Shown: positions 1 to 8,302 of the stretch, in pieces | Position numbering within the stretch: position 1 is the first letter of the stretch | Layout: each line of letters starts with the position of its first letter | NCBI GenBank assembly: GCA_045648645.1 | Contig: JAZROH010000122.1 | Coordinates: forward strand, 1-59,982 | Source: Clostridia bacterium | GTDB lineage: Bacteria > Bacillota > Clostridia > UMGS1883 > UMGS1540 | DNA length: 59,982 nucleotides | Reading direction: 5' to 3' | The notes under the pieces: model-generated | What the model was told of the DNA's origin: nothing | Seen by the model: the letters and a program-made list of their open reading frames with translations, nothing else | The model's database searches: none | Position numbers and translations under genes: made by a program

Positions 1-284
1 CATATGCCGGAAAACGTGCGGAACATTTAGAAAAATCTGATTATGCAAAATACGATTATTTAGTGTGTATGGACAGTGCGAACGTACGTAATACCTTGCG
101 GATTGTAGGCGGTGATCCGGAGGAAAAAATACACAAATTACTTTCTTTTGCCGGCTCTTATAAGGATGTGGCGGATCCGTGGTATTCGGGAGATTTTGAC
201 AGCACATATAAAGATGTTTTGGCTGGATGCACGGGGCTTTTAAGACATATTAAGGAAAGATACGATAAATTTGATTCCATCTAA
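1..284 (+). CDS. low-molecular-weight protein-tyrosine phosphatase, C-terminal part (5' end outside window)
   Basis: Frame 3 is open from the window edge (YAGKRAEHLEKSDYAKYDYLVCMDSANVRN...) to TAA at 282-284. The C-terminal VADPWYSGDF motif is typical of LMW-PTP. Confidence 0.7.
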   Translation, partial: YAGKRAEHLEKSDYAKYDYLVCMDSANVRNTLRIVGGDPEEKIHKLLSFAGSYKDVADPWYSGDFDSTYKDVLAGCTGLLRHIKERYDKFDSI

Positions 285-313
285 TTTGGAGGCAACTTAT
301 AAAGAGGTATAGG

Positions 314-1216
314 ATGCGGATAAAAGATTTTTTGTATTTTGCGGGCTTTGGGATAAAAACGGTTTTGTTTAAGAAGAAGGACCCGATACTTGGAACAATT
401 ATTTTAACAGACAAATGTAACCTCTCCTGCAAGCATTGTTCGGTGAACAATGTGACGGCGGTGGTGTACCCGTATAAACAAATTATGGAAGAAATGCGGG
501 CTTTATATGATATGGGCATCCGCATTCTGTTTTTTTGCGGAGGCGAAACGTTTTTATGGACGGATGATGGAAAAACCTTGCGGGATTTGGTGATACAGGC
601 AAAGGAAATGGGCTTTTTAATCGTCAATGTTGTTACCAACGGTACATATAAAATCGACTTGCCGCAGGCGGACTTAATTCTATTAAGCCTGGACGGGGAT
701 CGGGAAAGGCATAATTGTATTCGTGGCGATACATATGATCGTATTATGGACAATATAAAGCATGCAACCGCAGACAACATTTGTTTTTATATGGCAGTAA
801 ACCAAATGAATAAGGATACAATTCCGCATGTTTGCCGGCTTGCAAAGGAAACCCGAAATGTTCGTGCGGTATCGTTTAATTTTCATACGCCGTACCCCGA
901 TACGAAGGAATTGGAACTGACAAAAGAAGACAAAAAGAGCTGTTTAGATACAATCAGAAAAATGATGCGGGAGAAAATGCCCGTATTCAATTTGAAAAGT
1001 GCTTTTCCGTATATTGCGAATAGCAGCTTCCCCACGCCATGCTATCAATGTGTGGTAATGGAAAACGGAAAGCTAAGTACCTGCGGGCGGTGCATCGATG
1101 TGGAAGGACTTTGCGAAAAATGCGGTTATTTTTTCGTAGCGGAATATACATTGCTGTTTCGTGGGAATATTAAAATTATGTTGGAGATGCTTTTCACATA
1201 TTTAAAATATGTGTGA
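314..1216 (+). CDS. radical SAM protein with C-terminal Cys-rich auxiliary region (HpnH/DUF3463-like layout)
   Basis: 300-aa ORF. CNLSCKHC is a CxxxCxxC radical-SAM cluster motif near the N-terminus. The C-terminal region PCYQC..CGRC..CEKC is Cys-rich. Confidence 0.8.
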   Translation: MRIKDFLYFAGFGIKTVLFKKKDPILGTIILTDKCNLSCKHCSVNNVTAVVYPYKQIMEEMRALYDMGIRILFFCGGETFLWTDDGKTLRDLVIQAKEMGFLIVNVVTNGTYKIDLPQADLILLSLDGDRERHNCIRGDTYDRIMDNIKHATADNICFYMAVNQMNKDTIPHVCRLAKETRNVRAVSFNFHTPYPDTKELELTKEDKKSCLDTIRKMMREKMPVFNLKSAFPYIANSSFPTPCYQCVVMENGKLSTCGRCIDVEGLCEKCGYFFVAEYTLLFRGNIKIMLEMLFTYLKYV

Positions 1217-2483
1217 TAGCGGTGAGAAAATGCATATACTTACAACAGCCGCAAGAATGTGGCTTACAAAAAGTACAAAGCCGTTTACGTTTACAAACGA
1301 CTTTGATAAAAAGCTATTATATGACGATGCGCAAAACATGGGTCTTTATGTGCACATTCCGTTTTGCAGACGGATATGTAATTTCTGTCCGTACTGCAAG
1401 GAGGTATACGACGCTCAAAAATGCAATGCGTATATCGATAGTCTTCTTCGGGAAATCCACATGGTGGGAAACATGCAAAGTAGCAGGAAAAAAGTGACAA
1501 GTCTGTATTTTGGCGGCGGCTCTCCGGCATTGGCGGCAGAGCGAATACCGGAAATTATAGATACAATGCGGCTGTATTTTGACATAACGGAAGGCATAGG
1601 CATAGAACTGCATCCTGCAGATGTGGAAGCAGAAAAGCTTATACAGCTGAAACGGGCGGGGATTACGAAAATCAGCATCGGTATCCAGTCTTTTGGAGAT
1701 ACGTTTCAAGCTTTACTTGGACGAAGCAAAGCGCGGGCAGAGGCAATCCGCGCCGCTCTGGACGCGGTGCATTTTGAAACAGTTTCCATGGATTTTATTT
1801 TTGCACTACCGGGGCAGACCTTTGCGGATTTAAAAGCGGATATAGACACGGCATTTGCCTGCGGGGCTAACCATATTGCGGTGTACCCGTTTATTGACTT
1901 TACCTTTACGAAAAGCAAAGTCCGAGCCATGAAAAAGAAAGAAAAGAGAAGGCTTTTGGATGCAGTAACGGATTACTGCGCCGAAAAAGGGTACAGACGG
2001 GATTCTATCTGGACGTTCTCGGGCACGGAAACCGCAAAATACTCCTCCATGACACGAGATAATTTTCTGGGCTTCGGTTGCTCTGCCACAACACTTTTAA
2101 AGGACCAATTTAAAATCAATACATTTTCCGCAGAAGAATATACGAAAAGAATACAGGCGGACACGCTGCCAACATCCCTCACCTTGCGGTTTACGAAAAG
2201 GCAGAGAATGCTGTATTATCTATTTTGGACAGCCTACACAACGCGCGTAGATTCCGCCGCCTTTGAAACATTTTTCGGGGTGTCACTCAAAAAGATATAC
2301 GGCGTTGAGCTGTTTTTGGCAAAGAGCCTCGGCTTTATAACGGAAAAGGACGGCGTTTATAAAATGACAAAGAAGGGCGCGTTTTATTACCATCACTTTG
2401 AAAATTACTACACACTTTCGTATATTGATAAGATGTGGGGCATACTGCGAAGGGATGCATTTCCGGACAGGATTTACTTATAA
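1209..2483 (+). CDS. HemN-like (coproporphyrinogen III oxidase family) radical SAM protein
   Basis: 424-aa ORF with YVHIPFCRRICNFCPYC, a HemN/HemW-type cluster motif, followed by GGGSP. The ATG overlaps the upstream stop by 8 nt, suggesting translational coupling. ATG 1230 is an alternative start. Confidence 0.8.
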   Translation: MCDSGEKMHILTTAARMWLTKSTKPFTFTNDFDKKLLYDDAQNMGLYVHIPFCRRICNFCPYCKEVYDAQKCNAYIDSLLREIHMVGNMQSSRKKVTSLYFGGGSPALAAERIPEIIDTMRLYFDITEGIGIELHPADVEAEKLIQLKRAGITKISIGIQSFGDTFQALLGRSKARAEAIRAALDAVHFETVSMDFIFALPGQTFADLKADIDTAFACGANHIAVYPFIDFTFTKSKVRAMKKKEKRRLLDAVTDYCAEKGYRRDSIWTFSGTETAKYSSMTRDNFLGFGCSATTLLKDQFKINTFSAEEYTKRIQADTLPTSLTLRFTKRQRMLYYLFWTAYTTRVDSAAFETFFGVSLKKIYGVELFLAKSLGFITEKDGVYKMTKKGAFYYHHFENYYTLSYIDKMWGILRRDAFPDRIYL

Positions 2484-2513
2484 ACCTTAGAAGGGGCAGA
2501 AAGGAAGAGAAAT

Positions 2514-3635
2514 TTGAAAACAAAGCAGCTTATAAAAATCGGTGTTTTTGCCGCACTTTTCTATCTTTTTATGTATTACTGGGATAAAATGGCGGGCTTT
2601 ATCAGCGCGGTGCTTGGGGCGGCGGTGCCGCTCTTTATCGGCGGCATGATTGCGTATCTTGTCAACATCTTAATGCGGTTTTATGAACGGCACTATTTCC
2701 CGAAAAAGAAAAAGGGCTTCCCCGTAAAGAGCCGCAGACCTGTTTGCATGCTGGGCGCGTTCCTGACCCTCATAGCCATTCTTGTTTTCGTGGTCAGTTT
2801 AATCGTTCCACAGCTTGTTTCCTGTGTACAGCTTCTTTTGTCCGCTGTACCGGGGCTGATTGAAAAACTAGTCGCATGGGCGGGAAGTCTGAATCTCTTT
2901 TCAGAGGAAACCTTTCAAATTCTGCAGGCGTTTGATTGGAAATCCCGCATCGGAGAAATTGCGAGGGTGCTTACAAGCGGTGTAGGGGATGTAATGAACG
3001 TGGTGTTAAATATTATTACCTCCGTAATCTCCGGCACGGTAACGGCATTTTTAAGCATTATTTTCTCGATTTATCTTCTCGGCTCGAAGGATAAAATCGG
3101 AAGGCAGATAAAGAGAGCCGGCAGACGGTATCTGCCGGGCGCTGTGTACCGGAAAGGCGGCTATGTGGTGCGGGTTTTGGATGATGCGTTCCATCGCTAT
3201 ATCGTTGGCCAGTGCACGGAAGCGGTTATCCTCGGCGCACTCTGTACGGTCTTTATGCTTCTCTTTGGGCTTCCATATGCCACCATGATTGGCGCACTCA
3301 TTGCCTTTACGGCACTCATTCCCGTTGCCGGTGCTTATATCGGCGCAGGGCTTGGCGCACTTATGATTTTGTCTGTTTCCCCGATTGAAGCACTTGTTTT
3401 TCTTATGCTCGTCTTGGTGCTGCAGCAGCTTGAGGGAAATTTGATTTACCCCAAAGTGGTAGGGGCTTCCATCGGACTTCCGGGCATCTGGGTGCTTGCG
3501 GCAGTCACCATTGGCGGCGGTATTCTCGGTATTTTCGGGATGCTTCTCGGCGTACCGCTTGCCGCAGCACTCTATCGCATCGTGCGGGACGATGTAAACG
3601 GTACAGCACCGATATTGCCGCATCCAAAAAAATAA
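2514..3635 (+). CDS. AI-2E family transporter (PerM/YhhT-like permease)
   Basis: 373-aa multi-pass membrane ORF with the family-typical C-terminal EGNLIYPKVVG motif. The start codon is TTG. Confidence 0.8.
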   Translation: MKTKQLIKIGVFAALFYLFMYYWDKMAGFISAVLGAAVPLFIGGMIAYLVNILMRFYERHYFPKKKKGFPVKSRRPVCMLGAFLTLIAILVFVVSLIVPQLVSCVQLLLSAVPGLIEKLVAWAGSLNLFSEETFQILQAFDWKSRIGEIARVLTSGVGDVMNVVLNIITSVISGTVTAFLSIIFSIYLLGSKDKIGRQIKRAGRRYLPGAVYRKGGYVVRVLDDAFHRYIVGQCTEAVILGALCTVFMLLFGLPYATMIGALIAFTALIPVAGAYIGAGLGALMILSVSPIEALVFLMLVLVLQQLEGNLIYPKVVGASIGLPGIWVLAAVTIGGGILGIFGMLLGVPLAAALYRIVRDDVNGTAPILPHPKK

Positions 3636-3655
3636 AAAGCATATGAAAGTATGAA

Positions 3656-3694
3656 GGAGCTGTAGCAAAATGGAATTCATTTTGCTACAGCTCC
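3656..3694 (+). terminator. 17-bp perfect hairpin downstream of the AI-2E gene
   Basis: GGAGCTGTAGCAAAATG-gaatt-CATTTTGCTACAGCTCC followed by TTTGGGG. The T-run is weak. Confidence 0.5.
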
Positions 3695-3706
3695 TTTGGG
3701 GTGGAC

Positions 3707-3938
3707 GAAAAATAGCTCAGATTGGACAAACTGAGCCAACAAAGCCCATTTTTGGGGCTTTGTTGGGTTACCCGAAGGCGTACGATGGTACGTCAAGAGG
3801 CGAAGTTTGTTCAAAACACATGGCGCTTTATAATAGAAATTCGTCAAATGACGAATTATTCCTGTATTTTAACATTTTTAGTTGCAATAAAATGGCTTTA
3901 TTAAACGTTTCTTTTGCCTTGTGTGGTGTGAGCATTTT
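3707..3938 (+). repeat. unclassified structured intergenic element, copy A
   Basis: Shares invariant blocks (CAGATTGGACAAACTGA; CCCGAAGGCGTAC; GAAGTT) and four helices that keep pairing while changing sequence with the copies at 16049-16270(-) and 39545-39750(+). Confidence 0.85.
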
Positions 3939-3953
3939 GCTACACCTCCATTC

Positions 3954-4526
3954 TTATTCTTCCGGTTTTGTTTCCAGTTTAATTTCGTAATCGCCGAGGT
4001 GTTTTACCTTAAAAGCGTTTTTCTTATATTCCGCGTAGTCGAAAGCCTCCAGCTCGTCAATGGCAAGCTTATGGAATTCATAAAAGTTATGCCACCATTC
4101 GTAATCGGTGCCGAGGTCAGCTGTTAGAAACGCATCGGCAATGTCACAGCCCATTTTGGGGGCTACGTAAAATGCGCCCATCGCAAGGACATTTACGCCG
4201 TTGCCGGTGATGGCACGTCTTGCCGCGGGTACGCTTTCCACAACACCTGCGTGTACATGCGGGCATTTACTTGCCGCAATATGGATGCCCATGCCCGTAC
4301 CGCAAAAGAGAAGTGCCCGCTCAAATTCGCCCTCGGAAATCATGGAGCCGACGCGAAGACCTATGCGGTGGAACATCAAATCCGTATCGTCATCCTCCGG
4401 CGAGCGTACGCCCACATCCGTTACGGTCCAGCCCTTTGCCTTCAGGTGCTCTACAACCGCCTCTTTGAGAGGAAAGCCTGCAAAATCAGCACCTACCAGA
4501 ATTTGCTTATCCTTTATTGTTTTCAT
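3954..4526 (-). CDS. RpiB/LacA/LacB family sugar-phosphate isomerase with about 40-aa C-terminal extension
   Basis: 190-aa ORF. ILVGADFAGFPLKE...CGTGMGIHIAASK matches the RpiB-type fold. The RBS AAGGAGG lies upstream. Confidence 0.75.
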   Translation of the reverse strand: MKTIKDKQILVGADFAGFPLKEAVVEHLKAKGWTVTDVGVRSPEDDDTDLMFHRIGLRVGSMISEGEFERALLFCGTGMGIHIAASKCPHVHAGVVESVPAARRAITGNGVNVLAMGAFYVAPKMGCDIADAFLTADLGTDYEWWHNFYEFHKLAIDELEAFDYAEYKKNAFKVKHLGDYEIKLETKPEE

Positions 4527-4634
4527 AACGAAGCCTCCTTTTTTCTAAATTGTAACAGAAAAAAGAGAAAAAAGGAATTGCAAAAAACATGGTTTACTTT
4601 GCATTTTTTATGATTTTTAAGGGGTAAAACCTTG

Positions 4635-7112
4635 CTAGGCAATAGGCGTTGCAATAATAATCCGTACTTTGCCGCCGGAGGCGGGGGAGCGGTCATAATA
4701 GGCACGAAGTGTGTAGGAGTCGGCGCTGATGTCGCCGGTCTTTTTTTGCACATAAACGTAATCGGAATTTCTTGTGTAGATGGCGGCATCGCTTATATCA
4801 TAACGGCTGCCGTCGGCATAGCGGATATAACCGGCTGTGATTTCTTTGATTACGCCCGAAATTTCCGAAAGTTTTGTGATGCTGTGGATTTTGCCGCCGC
4901 TGTATGTAAATTGTGCGGGCGTATTTGCACCGATGGAAAAGGCACTGCCGCTTGTCTGATATGAGCCGGTGCTGCCACCTATTATATACGTGTAGCTGCC
5001 GGAAACCTGCATACCATACGAATTATTATTTACTTTTGTAACGACGCCGTATTTATGCATATCTCCCGTCACATCATTTAAAATGAGTTCACAAATACGG
5101 TTTTGGCTGTCCCGGGCAACATGCAAGACCTTGGAGGCAGGAATGGATACGCCGTCGAGCCGCCGGAGAAATATGGGAGAAGCTGTACCGGCTGTATATG
5201 GGTCGGGGAAAAAGGTGTCTAAAATTTTAACGGAAGAGGAAAAGGTATCCAGCCCGATTTTCTCATTTGTCGCATCCACCGTGCCGCTGACGGACCCCGT
5301 TTCCGCGAGGGTGGCAGATGCCTTGCCGTCCGAGAAGGAAAGGGCGGCTACACGGTTTAAGAGAGAATCGTAATCTTTGTCCGCTTCAAAGGAAAGGGAT
5401 TTGCCGTCTGCACCCACTATGGAAATGGTGTAGCCGGTATAAGATTCGCCCAAAGCAGTTTCGTACTGCGCCGTGCCTGTATTCGTTACAAAGCCTATCA
5501 CACGGCTTTCTGCATCATGGGTCACAACATCTGCAATGGCCCCATCTCGGCCGAGGAGCACCGTTACGGTATCGCCGTAGGAAAAGACGCCGCCTGCGCC
5601 CAGCTTGTGGAAGGCTTCCACGCTTTCAATAGCGTATGTCGTGCCGGAAATATCCACAGAGGAGGGGGTGTCCTTCGAGGGAGAAGCGTTTTTATATACG
5701 CCGGTGATTTTATCCGTATAAGCAAGTACCATATTCAAAGCTTCCGAATAATAGAGAATGTCATACGTTTCAATATCGGAAACGGAAACCTTTTTGCCAT
5801 CCCGCATAATGGCAGTAGAGGCGGTAACGGGGAAGCGGGCAGTCCAGGCGTTGTTTTGCACCGTGTAGGGCCCTTCCACGCCGTCTGTGTTTAAAATTAC
5901 ATACTCTGCGTCGCCGTCCTCATCATAGACGATTTTTAGAATATCGCCCATTTGAAGCCTCGATTTGGAAAGCGTTCCCGCGGGCGTATCTCCTTCATAC
6001 AGGGTGATGCCGTCATTTAAAGAAACTTTTTCCATAACGCCGTTTTTATAGGTGATAATGCCGTCATTTAAAACAGAGTAAACTGCGTAGGTCTTTACGG
6101 CTACAGCGTCGGCAGTTTGCGGCGTGGTTTTTCGAAGCAGCCCGTATTCTGCGGCGCCGTCGGCATCATAAAAAAGGGTGAAGGTGCATCCGGCTTTTAC
6201 ATTTGTGTGTGCCTGTCCGTAGGTGATGGCGGCAGATTTATAATAGACGGGGAGATTGTCATCCCAGTTGTAAATGGTGTCATCCAAAACAAGGTCACTG
6301 CCTGCCGTGCCGGTAACAGTATAGGTTTTTGCCGTCTGGTTTTTGGGGACAAAGGCTATGATGGTGTCCCCGTTTTCCAAAAACAGTTCGCCGGTGCGCC
6401 CGATCCATTCCGAAGAGAAGGCTGTACCTTTTTTGAATGTACCTGCAGAGGTCAGCACTTTGTCGGAGGAAATAGCGGTGTCCTCTTCGCTTGTGGCGCG
6501 GATAACAACATTTTCCTGCGAAGTGCAGTCTAAAACAGAAATATATTCCGTGTTTGTTCCCTTACGGTTTTCATCCAGAAGGTTATATAAAAGCGTGACT
6601 GTATCGCCGCGGGTTATGGATGCGTTAAAGTCAAGCGCTATGCCGTCCGTAAGCCCGAGCTGTGCTGCAATTTCCATATGTCCTCTCGGCCATGCAGCAC
6701 CAAAGTCGCTGTTTTGATAGCCGAGAAGCCGGAGGAATACCGCGGTAGCTTCCGCAAAGGTAATCGGGTCATCGGGGCGGAAGGTGGAGTCCAGATATCC
6801 GGTAACATACCCTTTTTGTGCCGCAAGGCGAATGTAGGGCGCGGACCAGAGCGTATGCGGCACATCCGCGTAGGGCGATACCGCAAGGTAAGCGGAAACC
6901 GTCTTTCGGTTTTCCGAGGCACAGACCGCCACCTTTGTAAATTCTGCGCGGGTTAAATTGTTTTCAAGACGGTATGCGCCGTCCTCGTACCCTTCAAAAA
7001 TTCCAAGACTTCGAAGAAGTGCCAGCCGTCCGTCTGCTTCGGCGGCAAGTGTGGGCAGTGCCGAAAACACAAGACAGAGAGCAAGCATGGAGGCAAAAAG
7101 TTTTTTAAGCAT
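4635..7112 (-). CDS. S-layer homology (SLH) domain cell-wall protein
   Basis: The start is set at the internal ATG 7112 (MLKKLFASMLALCLVFSALPTLAAE signal peptide, RBS GGAG upstream). The track ORF extension to 7379 overlaps the permease gene. Three SLH-like repeats are followed by about 600 aa that look beta-strand-rich by composition. Confidence 0.8.
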   Translation of the reverse strand: MLKKLFASMLALCLVFSALPTLAAEADGRLALLRSLGIFEGYEDGAYRLENNLTRAEFTKVAVCASENRKTVSAYLAVSPYADVPHTLWSAPYIRLAAQKGYVTGYLDSTFRPDDPITFAEATAVFLRLLGYQNSDFGAAWPRGHMEIAAQLGLTDGIALDFNASITRGDTVTLLYNLLDENRKGTNTEYISVLDCTSQENVVIRATSEEDTAISSDKVLTSAGTFKKGTAFSSEWIGRTGELFLENGDTIIAFVPKNQTAKTYTVTGTAGSDLVLDDTIYNWDDNLPVYYKSAAITYGQAHTNVKAGCTFTLFYDADGAAEYGLLRKTTPQTADAVAVKTYAVYSVLNDGIITYKNGVMEKVSLNDGITLYEGDTPAGTLSKSRLQMGDILKIVYDEDGDAEYVILNTDGVEGPYTVQNNAWTARFPVTASTAIMRDGKKVSVSDIETYDILYYSEALNMVLAYTDKITGVYKNASPSKDTPSSVDISGTTYAIESVEAFHKLGAGGVFSYGDTVTVLLGRDGAIADVVTHDAESRVIGFVTNTGTAQYETALGESYTGYTISIVGADGKSLSFEADKDYDSLLNRVAALSFSDGKASATLAETGSVSGTVDATNEKIGLDTFSSSVKILDTFFPDPYTAGTASPIFLRRLDGVSIPASKVLHVARDSQNRICELILNDVTGDMHKYGVVTKVNNNSYGMQVSGSYTYIIGGSTGSYQTSGSAFSIGANTPAQFTYSGGKIHSITKLSEISGVIKEITAGYIRYADGSRYDISDAAIYTRNSDYVYVQKKTGDISADSYTLRAYYDRSPASGGKVRIIIATPIA

Positions 7113-7129
7113 TTGAAAAGGCTCCTTTC

Positions 7130-8302
7130 TTAATCGTAACGCAGTGCGTCGATGGGATTGAGGCGGGATGCTTTCCTTGCAGGGAAGTATCCAAAGCCAA
7201 TGCCGATGGCGGCGGAGACGGAAAAGGCAATCAAAATAGAGGGGACAGATAACGTAAACGGAATACCGATAAGCTTTGCCGCAAAGGATGCTCCGCTTGC
7301 GCCCGCCAAAATACCGATAATGCCGCCGATGCCACTCGTTACACACGCCTCCACCAAAAACTGACCGAGAATATCCCACGGCGTTGCACCGAGAGATTTT
7401 CGAATACCGATTTCGCGCGTTCGCTCCGTTACCGATACCAGCATAATGTTCATTACACCGATGCCGCCAACGAGAAGAGAAACGGCGGCAATGCCTACGA
7501 GCATTGTGGTCATCATGCCAATAAGTTTATTAAGCTCTTCAATAATGGCAGCCTGGTCTATTAGCGTATAATAATCGTCAGAACTAAATTTCTCCAGCAG
7601 AAATGCTTCTACAATTTCTTTTGTTTCATCAATGGTATCCTTTGTGGAGGCACTAACGCTGAAAGAACGGATGTTGCTTCCGGTAAGCTGTTTTGCTGTT
7701 GTGTACGGAAGGAGAAGCGTGTTATCGGCACTGGAGGCAGTGCTTGTGCCCTTTTCCTCTAAAATACCAACGATCCGAAAGGCGTAGCCGTTTACATACA
7801 CCGTTTTATCTAAGGGGTTTTCTCCGTCAAACAGCTCTTTGACAAGATACGTGCCCACAACACAGTTTTTGCATCGTTCATTTATGTCCGCATATGTCAG
7901 ATGTCTGCCAATCTGCACATTCAGCTGTTTGATTTCATCATAGTCCTCATTCACACCCGTAGCTTGCATAGAAATGTTTTCGTTGCCGTTTTTAACGGTT
8001 GCATTAAAGGATAGGGAGGGGGATATGTAGCCGATAACGTCCGGATTATCAAGCACTAATTCCTGCATTTCTTCGGGGCTTACGCTTCGATTGCCGCCGC
8101 GACCGGAAATGCTTACTGTGATAAGATTTGCGCCCATATCCTCAAAGGTTGCAATAACATAATTTGTAAGACTGGACATAAGGCTTACAATAATGATAAC
8201 TGCCGCAACGCCGATGATAATACCAAGCATGGTAAGGAAGGAACGCATTTTACTTGCACCGAGGCTTTTCAGCGCAAGACGCAGGGATTGCCGCAGGTTC
8301 AT
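7130..8302 (-). CDS. ABC transporter permease, FtsX/MacB family
   Basis: 390-aa ORF. It has an N-terminal TM, a large extracytoplasmic domain, then a C-terminal FtsX-type 3-TM block (REIGIRKSLGA motif). Confidence 0.85.
   Translation of the reverse strand: MNLRQSLRLALKSLGASKMRSFLTMLGIIIGVAAVIIIVSLMSSLTNYVIATFEDMGANLITVSISGRGGNRSVSPEEMQELVLDNPDVIGYISPSLSFNATVKNGNENISMQATGVNEDYDEIKQLNVQIGRHLTYADINERCKNCVVGTYLVKELFDGENPLDKTVYVNGYAFRIVGILEEKGTSTASSADNTLLLPYTTAKQLTGSNIRSFSVSASTKDTIDETKEIVEAFLLEKFSSDDYYTLIDQAAIIEELNKLIGMMTTMLVGIAAVSLLVGGIGVMNIMLVSVTERTREIGIRKSLGATPWDILGQFLVEACVTSGIGGIIGILAGASGASFAAKLIGIPFTLSVPSILIAFSVSAAIGIGFGYFPARKASRLNPIDALRYD

Noticed and set aside
3728-3815. Possible hammerhead ribozyme, suggested by the three-way junction and a CTGA immediately after the first helix strand.
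   Set aside because: The CUGAnGA and GAAA core boxes are not both present in any copy (A CUGAGCC, B CUGAAGU, C lacks CUGA). This does not fit the hammerhead core.
3722-3904. ORFs overlapping the repeat element. These are the 60-aa ORF in copy A, a 26-codon ORF at 39559-39639 in copy C, and the MDK(L/M)S start shared by the copies.
   Set aside because: The invariant nucleotide block CCCGAAGGCGTAC is read in different frames in A (TRRRT) and C (YPKAY). In copy B the equivalent ORF stops after 5 codons (MDKLK*). Conservation is at the nucleotide and structure level, not the protein level.
7113-7379. 5' extension of the SLH-protein ORF in the track (914 aa starting at 7379).
   Set aside because: The extension overlaps the 3' end of the FtsX permease gene in another frame and encodes an implausible Arg/Cys/Trp-rich peptide. 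The internal ATG 7112 has an RBS and a classic signal peptide.
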